Of a stretch of 64,000 nucleotides of DNA, positions 1-10,600 are shown in pieces. The stretch's first letter is position 1. The number at the start of each line of letters is the position of its first letter. Made by a program: the position numbers and the translations under genes. The stretch is from Candidatus Atabeyarchaeum deiterrae (GTDB lineage: Archaea > Asgardarchaeota > Atabeyarchaeia > Atabeyarchaeales > Atabeyarchaeaceae). The notes beneath the pieces are model-generated. The model was not told where the DNA came from. It did no database searches and saw only the letters and a program-made list of their open reading frames with translations. The DNA is taken from assembly GCA_037310415.1 (NCBI GenBank), contig CP147780.1, forward strand, positions 608,001 through 672,000. The letters are read 5' to 3'.

Positions 1-302
1 TCTTCTCTACATTTACCCCCTCATGAAGTCGTGCGGTGAACCCCCAGTGAGTCTGGCAAGTCAAGCATTCTGGCAGTCCTTTTAGTGTGATCTTGCCAAA
101 ACATGTCTATATAGATTACGTTACACTTGAGACATTCACAATCCTCAGAAGAGCCTCGCGCCAAATCTATTCTTAGCTGAAACCATTGCAGGGCGTGGGT
201 TGAATGTCTCGTCGGTGGACCGATCATAGAATCAATAAAGAGACAGAGAGGATCAGGCGAGTCACGTACTTGTAGTGACCGACCCTGTGACTAGCCTCAT
301 TA

Positions 303-342
303 TCTTAGGATCGCACCTCTTCATCTTACCCTCAGGAAACAC
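303..342 (-). repeat. Degenerate duplicate of the atpB 3' segment (att-like scar)
   Basis: 37/40 nt identical to 4335-4374 (atp[14 protein letters not shown]); weaker frameshifted similarity continues leftwards to about 260. Confidence 0.85.
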
Positions 343-804
343 CCGACGACAACTCTTAGTTCTGCCAACCATCCTTTCCTAAGACAGAATTGCATCAACT
401 GGATGCAAGTGGTGAACTGCTTGTGTAGAGAAGAGACAAAAAGATGTGTCGAAGTCATCCATACGCTAGGCGCCGATGCTCAGCGAGACATAATGTAGGA
501 GCATCCTTTATGATCCGTCGATCTCAACGGAAACAACCTAGCATCAGAATCAATGAATTCGCAGAAATGAGTTCTGGACAGAAAGCTATATAGAAGGTAT
601 TCTATAACAAATAATGACCGCGACGAATGAAAACAGACCAAAAAGAGAATAAAGAAGAAACAATATAGTAGCGCGACGAGCAGCCCAGTTGGTTTAAGCT
701 CCGAATGGGGGTTAAAATGGGGAAATCAACAAAGAATTAGTGAAAACACACATAAATTAGACAGCTTTTCTTGATGAGAAGTAAGACAGAAAGGGGGTTT
801 CGCA

Positions 805-1224
805 TTGGAAAGACTTCCCAACACTGAACTATTGGCATTAGTTGCAAGCTATCTCGGAACAATAGAAGGGCGAAAGCGCTTTCAAAAGATCGTGTTTCTC
901 CTGAAGGAAGAGTCCGCGGTTCAATTCACCTATCCTTTCACTTCGTACCTTTACGGTCCCTACTCTTCAAGACTCCAAGATGACATCGACATCCTCGTAC
1001 GAACTGGCAATCTACAGGAAGAAAAGGCTGGTTCTCTTTTCCGCTACAAGATTACCGACCTGGGACGCAAGAATGCTCATCAAATAGAGAGGACATACAG
1101 GCAGCATCTCGCGAAAGATCTACGTGGCCACCTGAAAGACTTACAGCAACAGGACACCGAGGAATTGGTGAACCGATCGAAAAGAATAATGAACAAGAAA
1201 ATCAAACACAACATTTTCGCTTAA
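805..1224 (+). CDS. YwgA/SocA(DUF4065)-like winged-helix protein
   Basis: GRKRFQKIVFLL...F..YLYGPYS..L..DI motif; 11 nt upstream of the HD gene. Confidence 0.7.
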   Translation: MERLPNTELLALVASYLGTIEGRKRFQKIVFLLKEESAVQFTYPFTSYLYGPYSSRLQDDIDILVRTGNLQEEKAGSLFRYKITDLGRKNAHQIERTYRQHLAKDLRGHLKDLQQQDTEELVNRSKRIMNKKIKHNIFA

Positions 1225-1235
1225 GGCGAGAAGCA

Positions 1236-2570
1236 ATGTTTTGTGACCCTGAACTCAAGATCAGCATCCCATATGAATACGTAAAAGATCCAATTTATGG
1301 CTATATTAGAGTTTATGAGCACGAGCACAAGATCATCGATACCGAGTCGTTCCAGAGACTTAGACGTATAAAACAGCTAGCCGCGGCGCACTATGTATAT
1401 CCAGGTGCGACACACACACGCTTCTCTCACAGCTTGGGCGTAATGCACCTTTCAGGGCTCTTCGTCAAGCAGTTGCTTGAGTCCTGCAAGAATGAGATTC
1501 CAGATGATACTTTTTTGCGCTATTTCTTCTTAATGAGGCTATGGGGTCTCACCCATGATTTGGGACATGGACCCTACTCTCATACTTTTGACAAAGCGGT
1601 GCTTGAACATATGGGGATAAATCATGAATACATGTCCTCGAAGATTGTCGTGGATGACAATATTATTGCAGAAACCATAGAAAAAGATCTTAGCGACTAC
1701 GACATAAGACCTAAAACACTGTCAGAATACTTGGGTAAGACCCGAGAAGAATGGCCAAAGGGAGAGAAACTAGGTAACACACAACACAATGAATCATCCT
1801 TCTATTACGTACTGAAAGGATCTTATAGCACTGACATTATTGATTACTTGCTCAGAGACAATCTCTATACTGGCGCAGGGTATGGAAACTTCGACTGGCA
1901 ACGATTGATCTTATCTTCATGTCTACACGGCGATGAGGTTGCTCTAGACGTTAGAGCTCGTGATACGTTGGACGCTCTCTTGCTTTCGAGATTATTCTCT
2001 TTCAACACAATCTATTACCATAGATGGTCGAGAGCCGCGGATCACGTAATGAGAGTTTTCTTATCAAAAGCAAACAAGAAAATCGATCTGGCTGACTATG
2101 CCAACGATGTCGAGGAATATAAGAAGCTGGACGAGGAAAGCATTCTCCAAATGAGAGAACTCACTGACATCCCCGAGCGAAAAATGTTGCTTGACAGGGA
2201 AATACCCTTCAGAGAGATTGACAGACGCAAGATCCAGCTCTCCTCTGACATAGCGATTCTGGATGAAGATAACTTGAACTCTAAGCTCTCCGAGACATTG
2301 GAAAGCAGAATCCCTAGTGAAGCGTACTTTGTGGATACACCGAATTTGCCTTTGAACCCAATGAGGGATGAGGACGTCTGTATTGTTGACCACTCATCAT
2401 CGCCAACCGCGGTATGGCACGAGCCTGTCAGGAAAACATCTTGGGGAGAAGTACCTTACTCCGTTTGGATAGTACGACTATACCTAGACAAAAAATATGA
2501 AAAGAATGAGGAAGATGTAAAAAGGGCGTTTCAGGATGCTATCACAGGTAAGAAGGGATCACACTTCTGA
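1236..2570 (+). CDS. HD-domain phosphohydrolase (SAMHD1/YwfO-like dNTPase)
   Basis: DPIYG, FQRLRRIKQL, YPGATHTRFSHSLG, HDLGHGPYSH and DIIDYLLRD motifs. Confidence 0.9.
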   Translation: MFCDPELKISIPYEYVKDPIYGYIRVYEHEHKIIDTESFQRLRRIKQLAAAHYVYPGATHTRFSHSLGVMHLSGLFVKQLLESCKNEIPDDTFLRYFFLMRLWGLTHDLGHGPYSHTFDKAVLEHMGINHEYMSSKIVVDDNIIAETIEKDLSDYDIRPKTLSEYLGKTREEWPKGEKLGNTQHNESSFYYVLKGSYSTDIIDYLLRDNLYTGAGYGNFDWQRLILSSCLHGDEVALDVRARDTLDALLLSRLFSFNTIYYHRWSRAADHVMRVFLSKANKKIDLADYANDVEEYKKLDEESILQMRELTDIPERKMLLDREIPFREIDRRKIQLSSDIAILDEDNLNSKLSETLESRIPSEAYFVDTPNLPLNPMRDEDVCIVDHSSSPTAVWHEPVRKTSWGEVPYSVWIVRLYLDKKYEKNEEDVKRAFQDAITGKKGSHF

Positions 2571-3266
2571 ATTAGGCCCCTTTTGGTCATGCGACGGTTC
2601 TAATGGTTTTTCTTCTTCATAAACTAGTTATGTAGGAACTGATGTTGATTCAAAGATTCTTGATCTACATCGTTGCCAGTTTTCACTTGTCAAGGAGCTT
2701 CGCAATAGTTCATCCTATCCGTTACTTGGGAATTGACCCTATAAGAGCGTGATTCTCGAACTCGCTAAACCTCGTGAGTATGGACGGTTCTGAACGTTTG
2801 AGAAGTGTGTGAATGCCAGATTTCATATACAGGGTAGCGGAGAGCTCAGTGAAAAAACATGTCGAATAAGAACGTCTGTTAACGCCCTAACCTAAGGTTA
2901 TAGAAAAGGCTATGCAGAAGGAAAATCGAATTCTTATCATGGTCACCCTTGGCAACTAGGGAGAATAGAAATAACAATGAACAAAGACAAGGGAAATTAG
3001 AGGAAACCATGAGTCCCTGGTGACCTTCCCTACGAGCACCATCGATGTACTCAGAATCCAAGAGAGAAGGTTAAGCGGTTGAGGACGCAGGACTATCGGG
3101 CGCCTCTCTCAGGGCTTTCTGCAAAAATGGTATAGGATGAACAGCCACGAATCGAGTAGTAGAAGAAGGCAAGATAAGTATGAGACTATTAATAATATCC
3201 ACGGAGTAGCAGGATTAGTGTGCGGTTGCGCAGGTTGTGATTGATCTATATTGATGGATTCTTCAT

Positions 3267-4052
3267 ATGCATGATTTTCTAAGGGTGGTTTTGTTGAGAA
3301 TGACTAAGCGGAAACATGTAGTAATCGTAGATACAGGATTTAGGCGACTGATTTATCCCTTGGATTCCTCGTTCATAAAGGATTTGGATCCAAAGCGTGT
3401 TAATAGTTGGATTGAGACTGGTTGGAGTATAGACAAGACTGTCATGCTTGAAATAGATTATCCAACCATTCCAGAATATCGTAGTCCTGAAGGCTCAGTC
3501 GCCTCGAACATATTCTCAGGCATAATATATGCATGGAACACGGGTAAATACTACAGGATAGTCACTTTTAGCAAGAGATATTTTGAAGAAGTCGACGAAT
3601 TTAACAGGAAAGTTGAAGTGTATCATGAGGGGCTTCATTTGAGAAGCTATGAGGACTCTCTGCTTACTGGCTCAAGACCTTTGACAGAAGACGATGTTGC
3701 AAGGGCAGAGGTAGAATATGTTAGAAAGACTTATGGTAATGAGGGGTTTGCTGCAAGGGGGAGACACATATTGACTAATGAAGAAGAGTTCAAGAAAGCT
3801 GATGCGATAGCGGGGGTTGTCGCTCTCCTATGGCTCAGAGAATACTTCGAGGAGGAGCAGGCAAGGTACAGCCCGGTATCTTTCTCCATCCCGTCAAATA
3901 GTGAGTTTGTCAACTCCATCAGAAAGACGCACTATTCGATGATGATTCAACCTGTTACAGCATTTTACAGAGCAGCATTCAACCTTGATCCGTCATTGAT
4001 CTTTAGACACTGTTTGAAGAAGATAAACCTGCGCAACGATTCTCCAGAGTGA
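3267..4052 (+). CDS. Hypothetical protein with HExxH (possible metallopeptidase)
   Basis: 261-aa ORF containing VYHEGLHL. Confidence 0.55.
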   Translation: MHDFLRVVLLRMTKRKHVVIVDTGFRRLIYPLDSSFIKDLDPKRVNSWIETGWSIDKTVMLEIDYPTIPEYRSPEGSVASNIFSGIIYAWNTGKYYRIVTFSKRYFEEVDEFNRKVEVYHEGLHLRSYEDSLLTGSRPLTEDDVARAEVEYVRKTYGNEGFAARGRHILTNEEEFKKADAIAGVVALLWLREYFEEEQARYSPVSFSIPSNSEFVNSIRKTHYSMMIQPVTAFYRAAFNLDPSLIFRHCLKKINLRNDSPE

Positions 4053-4272
4053 GGACCGAATTGCAGAAGGCGATACCGAAAGAAATGATAGAGCCTTTAA
4101 GAGCCAAGTATGAGAGCGAATGGCAGGAAGAGTGGGAGAAGGCAGTTCTAAGGATTATGCTGTTCACTTAATTCCTGTAGAATATGCACTAAATTACGCC
4201 CTACGGGAATACAACACAGACACACCTCGCAGGAAGGCCAAAAAAGAAGGGTCAGACAGCCAAAAAAGAGGA

Positions 4273-5775
4273 CTACGCAGTTGCTGACTGGGACATGTGC
4301 TTATACCTGTTCGCTTTCCTCGCAGCGTCAAGGGTCTTAGGGTCGCACCGCTTCATCTCACCCTCAGGAAACACAGACAACAAATCCCAGGCGAGATCAA
4401 GAGTCTGATCAATGCTACGATCCACATATTCACCTTGAGTGATAAACTTCCGCTCAAACGTATCAGCAAACTTCAAATACGCCTTATCCCGATCACTCAA
4501 AGCCTCCTCACCAATCACAGCAACTAAATCCCTGAAATCCATACCCTCACTAAAAGCATAATACAACTGATCCGACACTTCCCTATGATCCTCACGCGTC
4601 AACCTTTCTCCAGATTTTGTCACACCGATCCCCTCCTTCATCAACCGACTCAAAGACGGACGCGGGTCGATCGGGGGGTATATACCCTTGTGATGGAGAG
4701 CCTCAGAAATAATGAGCTGTCCCTCAGTAATATACCCAGTAAGATCTGGAACGGGGTGTGTGATATCAGAATGCGGCATCGTCAAGACTGGCATTTGTGT
4801 TATTGTGCCTTTTCTGCCTATTATGCGTCCTGCTCTTTCGTATATGCTGGCGAGGTCTGTGTAGAGGTATCCTGGGTATCCTCTTCTTCCTGGGACTTCT
4901 TCTCTTGCTGCGCTGATTTCTCGTAGGGCTTCTGCGTAGTTTGTCATGTCTGTTAGGATGGCTAGGACGTGTAGGTTTTGTGTGTATGCTAGGTATTCTG
5001 CTGTTGTTAGGGCGCATCGGGGTGTTATGATGCGTTCTATTGCTGGGTCGTCTGCGAGGTTTAGGAATAGGACTGTGCGTTCGAGTGCGCCTGTTCGTTC
5101 GAAGTCTTTGCGGAAGTATTGTGCTTCTTCTGCTGTTATGCCCATGGCTGCGAATACTACGGCGAATTGTTCTTCTTTGCCGAGTACTTTTGCTTGGCGT
5201 GCTATTTGTGCGGCTATGCGGTTGTGTGGTAGTCCTGCTCCGCTGAAGAGTGGTAGTTTTTGTCCGCGTACGAGTGTGTTCATTCCGTCTATGGTGCTGA
5301 TTCCTGTTTGGATGAATTCTCGGGGGTATGCTCGTGCTTCGGGGTTTATTGGGCTGCCGTTTATGTCCCACATGTCTTCGGGTATGATTGGTGGTCCGTT
5401 GTCTATGGGTTCGCCTGAGCCGTCTAGGGTTCTGCCGAGTATGTCGGTTGTTACTGGGATTTTTAGTGGTTCGCCTGTGAATTGTGCTTGTGTGTTTTTG
5501 GTGTCGAGTCCTGTTGTGCCTTCGAAGACTTGGACGATGGCTTTGGTTTTGGTGATTTCTAGGACTGTGCCTCTTCTTTTTTCTCCGTCTGGTGTGGTTA
5601 TGTTGACGAGTTCGTTGTATCCTACGCCTTGGACGTTTTGGATGATGATTAGTGGTCCTGTTACGTCTGAGATGGTTTTGTAGGTTCTTTTGGCGTAGAG
5701 TGCTGCTGCGGCGATGTGGGCGGCTGTGGCTGTTTTGGTGGCGCTTTCTTGTTTTTGTTGTTTGGTTGTTGCCAT
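4273..5775 (-). CDS. atpB: A/V-type ATP synthase subunit B
   Basis: [33 protein letters not shown] and [11 protein letters not shown] motifs. Confidence 0.98.
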   Translation of the reverse strand: MATTKQQKQESATKTATAAHIAAAALYAKRTYKTISDVTGPLIIIQNVQGVGYNELVNITTPDGEKRRGTVLEITKTKAIVQVFEGTTGLDTKNTQAQFTGEPLKIPVTTDILGRTLDGSGEPIDNGPPIIPEDMWDINGSPINPEARAYPREFIQTGISTIDGMNTLVRGQKLPLFSGAGLPHNRIAAQIARQAKVLGKEEQFAVVFAAMGITAEEAQYFRKDFERTGALERTVLFLNLADDPAIERIITPRCALTTAEYLAYTQNLHVLAILTDMTNYAEALREISAAREEVPGRRGYPGYLYTDLASIYERAGRIIGRKGTITQMPVLTMPHSDITHPVPDLTGYITEGQLIISEALHHKGIYPPIDPRPSLSRLMKEGIGVTKSGERLTREDHREVSDQLYYAFSEGMDFRDLVAVIGEEALSDRDKAYLKFADTFERKFITQGEYVDRSIDQTLDLAWDLLSVFPEGEMKRCDPKTLDAARKANRYKHMSQSATA

Positions 5776-6311
5776 GGGTGTGTTCTCCGTGTTGTTGTTT
5801 GAGGTGGTTGGGGTTTGGTTGATTGTGTGTGTCTTATAATTTTTGTGGTTTTGGTATCTGGTGTTTTGGGTTGGTTAGGGGAATGGGAGGGTCTGTAATC
5901 TTGGGTTTGGTGAGATTGGAGTTGAATGGTTTGGAGGGGGAATTGGACTTGAATGGTGGGGGTGTCGGGTTTTTTTGTGTGATTGTCTTTCTGTGTCTGT
6001 CGATGCTTTTTGTTGTAGGTTAGGTTGATCTTGGGTAGGAGGTGGGTAAGTATTTCTGGATGGTGAGGTTTGATGGAGGATTGGTGAGTACTTCCTTGTT
6101 GGCTGGTTTTTTCTTCTGTTTGGTTGGTGTGACGTGGAGCTCTCGATGAGTTTTGGTTAGGTGTAGTGTGTTTTGTTCTGGTTGAATTTGGAGAATGTTT
6201 ATATTTCAGTGCGTATTTTCTTTTTCGCGAATTGGCATAAGAGGAGATTTCACTTGTGCCGTTCGTTTTTCCGATTTGAAAAGGGTTGATTTTGGATCAG
6301 AGTGGGTGGCT

Positions 6312-7550
6312 TTGCCGAAGCGTAGTCAGGGGCGCAGGGTTAACGTTTGGGTTGCGTTGGCAGTTGTGTTGTTGGCTGTTAACATCGGTCAATTTGCGTT
6401 TTTTGTGTGGTTGCGGCCGAGTGTTCCGGTGGAGGATTCACCCATCCAAGTGGGGGACGTTACTGGTGTGAATAGGGCGAGTTTCCTTGGGAAGACGGTT
6501 ACGTTGGAAGGATACTTCGTTGGTGTGTTGGGGGGGAAATCGTTTCTCACTGCTGGTTTGGATGATTTTAGGCAGAATAGGATTCTTCCGTTGACGAGGT
6601 TTGTTACGATTGGGGGTGACCTTCCGCTGGATCTTTTGAATCAGACGGGTAGCCGCATCTTGCTGAAGGGGGTAGTTGGGATTGATGATTTGAATGCTAA
6701 TTTGACGCGTATTTCGTATGTGTCGCATAAGGTCGTTGAACCAAGTGCGCAGAATTATGCGCTGTGGAATTGGGATAAGCAGATTAGTATTCCTACGCCT
6801 CCGTTTCTGCAGCCGCATAAGTATGCGGTGTTGATGAGTGGGGGGTGGGATGCGGAGCACGCGTTTATGCGTTACTGGAATGATTTGAAATTCATGTTTG
6901 CTATTCTGACTGGGTATGGTTACAGTGGAAGTAATATTTTCGTTCTCTACAAGGATGGCGTTCCTGAGGATGCAGGGATATTTGTGAACGCTTCTTGCAC
7001 GTATGCGAATGTCGCTGCTGCTTTTTCGACTCTGCAGGCGAAGATGACGGATCTTGATGACTTGTTCATCTATACGACGAATCATGGGAACCCGGCGCTC
7101 TGCTTATGGAATCATGACGTACTGATTCCGTCTGACTTGGCGTCGATGTTGCAAGGTATCACGTGCCATGTCATGATCATCTTGATGCAGCAATGTTACG
7201 GGGGGGCGTTCGTACAAGATTTGAGTGGTTCGAACCGGGTGATTATGACCGCGGCGAATTCGAGTCAGTACTCATGGGCTTGCGACAAGGAAGGACCTTG
7301 GGATGAGTTTACGTACCATTTCATGGATGCGATGCGAGGGATGACCTTGATCGCAGACCCTGTGTTTGCAGACTACAATAGTGATGGGAAGGTATCCATG
7401 GTCGAGGCTTTCAATTATGCGCAGAGCATGGATAGTTGCGCTGAAATCCCCCAGTTTGATGATAACGGAGATGGCGTCAGTCATTCGGGATGGATGACCG
7501 TCGGCGGGGATGGCTATCCTGGTGGGCTCGGAGCTACGACGTTTCTGTAG
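6312..7550 (+). CDS. Membrane-anchored C13 (legumain/caspase-fold) cysteine peptidase
   Basis: N-terminal hydrophobic anchor; KYAVLMSGG, RYWND, TTNHG (His) and QQCYGG (Cys); EF-hand-like DYNSDGKVS. TTG start at 6312 inferred. Confidence 0.8.
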   Translation: MPKRSQGRRVNVWVALAVVLLAVNIGQFAFFVWLRPSVPVEDSPIQVGDVTGVNRASFLGKTVTLEGYFVGVLGGKSFLTAGLDDFRQNRILPLTRFVTIGGDLPLDLLNQTGSRILLKGVVGIDDLNANLTRISYVSHKVVEPSAQNYALWNWDKQISIPTPPFLQPHKYAVLMSGGWDAEHAFMRYWNDLKFMFAILTGYGYSGSNIFVLYKDGVPEDAGIFVNASCTYANVAAAFSTLQAKMTDLDDLFIYTTNHGNPALCLWNHDVLIPSDLASMLQGITCHVMIILMQQCYGGAFVQDLSGSNRVIMTAANSSQYSWACDKEGPWDEFTYHFMDAMRGMTLIADPVFADYNSDGKVSMVEAFNYAQSMDSCAEIPQFDDNGDGVSHSGWMTVGGDGYPGGLGATTFL

Positions 7551-7692
7551 ATGATTGTTGGGACCATTTCTCCATATTTCTTCTTTTGACAACGACGAGA
7601 GTTCCGTGATGTCGGCCCGAAAAGTTGCCTTGCTCCTATTCTCAGAGAAAACGCGCAGAGTTGTCAGCAGGGTTTCGGGGAAGGGATTGCTT

Positions 7693-10600
7693 CTAGGTGT
7701 AGAGAAGTGCGCCGACTGTTATATGGTTGACTAGTTTGTTGGTTTCGTTCTCGTTGAATGGTAGGGGTGTTATTCCCCGGAGATTGAGGAATGCAAGTGT
7801 TCTCTGTAGTTTTGTGGCGTCTTTTTTCCATGGTGTGATTATGATTAGTCCCTTTATTTGTTCCTTTTGAAGTTCTTGTCTTATTGTTCCTATTTTTGCT
7901 GTTGTGGTTGATGGGTTCATTGTGTTGTTCGTCCAGACCGTGATCACGTATTGGCTTTGGTTATTGTTTGTTGTCGTTGTTAGTAGTTCCATGTTTTGGT
8001 CTATCCACATCGTGTTGATTCCTTTGTTTCGGAGGTCTTTGTGTATTGTGGTGGTTATGTATTCTTGTAGTATGTTTCGGTTTTCGTGGTCTGTGACTTG
8101 GTAGTATATTCTTGTTGTCGCTTGGGGGTTTTGGTAGTCTGGTGCTCTGACATCCCCGATGAGGTCCTTGGCAATTAGGGGTTCTATGTGTTTGATTAGT
8201 TGTTCCTTTGTTTTGATGTTCAGTCTTCTTTGTAGTATGGTTTCATCGATTATTTCATGTTGGTGTTTGAAGGCTTGTTTCACATCATGCCATAGTTGTG
8301 TCTCTTCGGGTGTGAGTGACCGTTGGCTCAAATTAGTTCTCGTAACGTGTTGGTGTTCTGGTTGCTCCTCACGTAGTGTTGGTGGTGGTGTGTTCATGGG
8401 TGGATTGGATGGTGTGGGTGGCTGGTAAGCATTTGGGGTATGGGATGTCTGTTGCTGGTTGTAGGTGAATGTGGAGCGTGGTGAGTTGTTGGAGAGGCTT
8501 TCTGTTTCTAATTCATGTTTGTCGTTTTGAAGCTGTTTTGTTTGTTGTTTCGAGTCTTTCATTGCTTCTATTGCTTTGATGTAGGTTCTTAGTGCTTCTT
8601 TATAGTCGCCGGCTTGGTATGCTTCTTCTGCTCTGCTTTTCAGTATGCTTGTTTCTGGGTCATGTGCTGTTATTGATTGGTTGTGCTCCGCTGGATTGGG
8701 TTTCGCTGTTTCTGCGTCGTAGATTATCGGGTAGTTTACCATGTTGTTTGTTATGATGTCTCTGTTGCTCACTTTTGGTGGGTTTATTTCGCATGTTCTA
8801 ATCCTTATGGCTTTGGAGTGTTTGGGTGTGGTTATTATGGCTTCCATCTTGGGCATTGCTTTGAGGTAGTTGGTTTGTTCTTCATTTAGGTTTAACCATT
8901 TTGCTGCTTTTTCGCCATCTACTGTTGTTCTTAGGAATATCTTGGTTGCAGAGTTTGCTAGTATGTTTTGACTTATGTTTGGTCTTTGTGTTGAGATTAT
9001 TACTCCTTGTCCTGTCGCTCTGAGTAGTAGTACCATTTGCTCGGTTATGCTTGTTTCAGCTGTTGTTCTTTTGGTTAGTATTTCTGGTACTATGTCGAGG
9101 GCGTCATCGATTATGAGTATGTGTTTCAAGTTGTCTTGTATTCCCCGTTGCTGGGCGGCTGTGGCTACGTACTTGGTGATGATGCTTGATATGAGACGCA
9201 AGTCTTCTCCTGTGCCATTTGTCTTGATTTCGCTCAGATCTATTATCGCTCTTCGTTTGATCAAGTCATTGAAGTTCACGTTGCTCTCGTCTTGATTGAA
9301 TACTTCGCTCAGTGGAGTTCTTGTAAAGGAGTATAGACGGTTGAGTAGAGCTTGGATTGTTGAGTTTATTTGAGGTATCGAGGCTGAACCGCTTCTCTTT
9401 GCGTAGCTTTCGAGCCACTCATTGAATCCACTCCAGTTTCTTGTGGTTTTGTCTTCGGATGATCTTTGCCTGATCGGTTGGTCCCTTTCTTCGCCATGTT
9501 CCTGGTCTCTCTTGTCTGGAGACGTCTTTTGTGTTATGTAGGTTACTAGAACCTCATAGAAAACCCGTTCCATTTGAGCGCTTAGCTCTCTGTTCTGATC
9601 TGTGAAAAGCGTTGAGAATGTCTCTTTGAGTATCGTGAAGATCTTCTTTGCATGAACATCAGGTTTTTCCATTTCTGGGTCAAACAGGCTGATCTTCAGT
9701 GCAGCGGTTTTCGACGCTGGCTTAAGATAGACAACGTTGTCCACTGATTTCACGAGGGGTTTGTACTCGCCTTTCATCTCTATTAATGTCCACGCGATAT
9801 CATAGCGCGACAGGTTCTCAAGTATTTTCATGATCAGCCTTGTCTTGCCGAATCCTGTTTCACCAAAAATGACAGTATGTAGCTTGAGATCCTGCAGTTT
9901 GATTCTCATTGGGCAAATCTCGTTTTCACCGTCGAGTACTGTGCCGATTATTAACTCCCCGTCTTCAAGCTCCTCCATTGAGGGAACATGAAAGGCTGGT
10001 ATTGATGTCTCGGGGATGCCTGCAACATGTTGCTCTGGTAGAAGGATCAGTGTTGCTGCTACCCTTGAAGAAGCATTCAACGTTGTGAACCCTATCGTCT
10101 GCCTGAATAGAAGATTAGTTAGATGTTTCGCAACATGTTTTCCTTTTAGCTTTTCGCATTCAATCCCAACTCCAGGGTTTGAGTAAATTGCCTCAATACA
10201 AGCGTCACCTTTCTCTTGCATCGACTTTGTTTCCTCAGGGGTCTCGCCTCGGTAGGCAACATATGCCGAGATCTTCCAGTAACCAGAGAGCTGTGCATTT
10301 CTATCTTCGCTAGCCTCTCTTTTCTTCTCATCGAGTTCAAGTAGTAACCTCATGTTGGGTTCCGTTTTCGCTTTTTCAATGAGTCTTGATTCTGATGCTA
10401 TTGATGGGGGTTTTGTTGCCTCCAAGTGAATTGTCATTGAAGCGGTGAAGCGTTCTCTTGTAAATGTTGAGATGAATTGCTCAACTTGGTTCTTTGGCAT
10501 CCCAGTAGTTGAGTCTGGGTTGGCCCTCCCCTTCAGGGCACTTACGGCAACATAACGCACATCTGTCCCTTGAATCCTTTCTATCTTGAGGAGCCTCCCG

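Noticed and set aside
4297-6023. Long alternative ORFs overlapping atpB (for example 4946-5683+ and 4766-5371-)
   Set aside because: By-products of the strong compositional skew, which depletes stop codons; no protein-like motifs.
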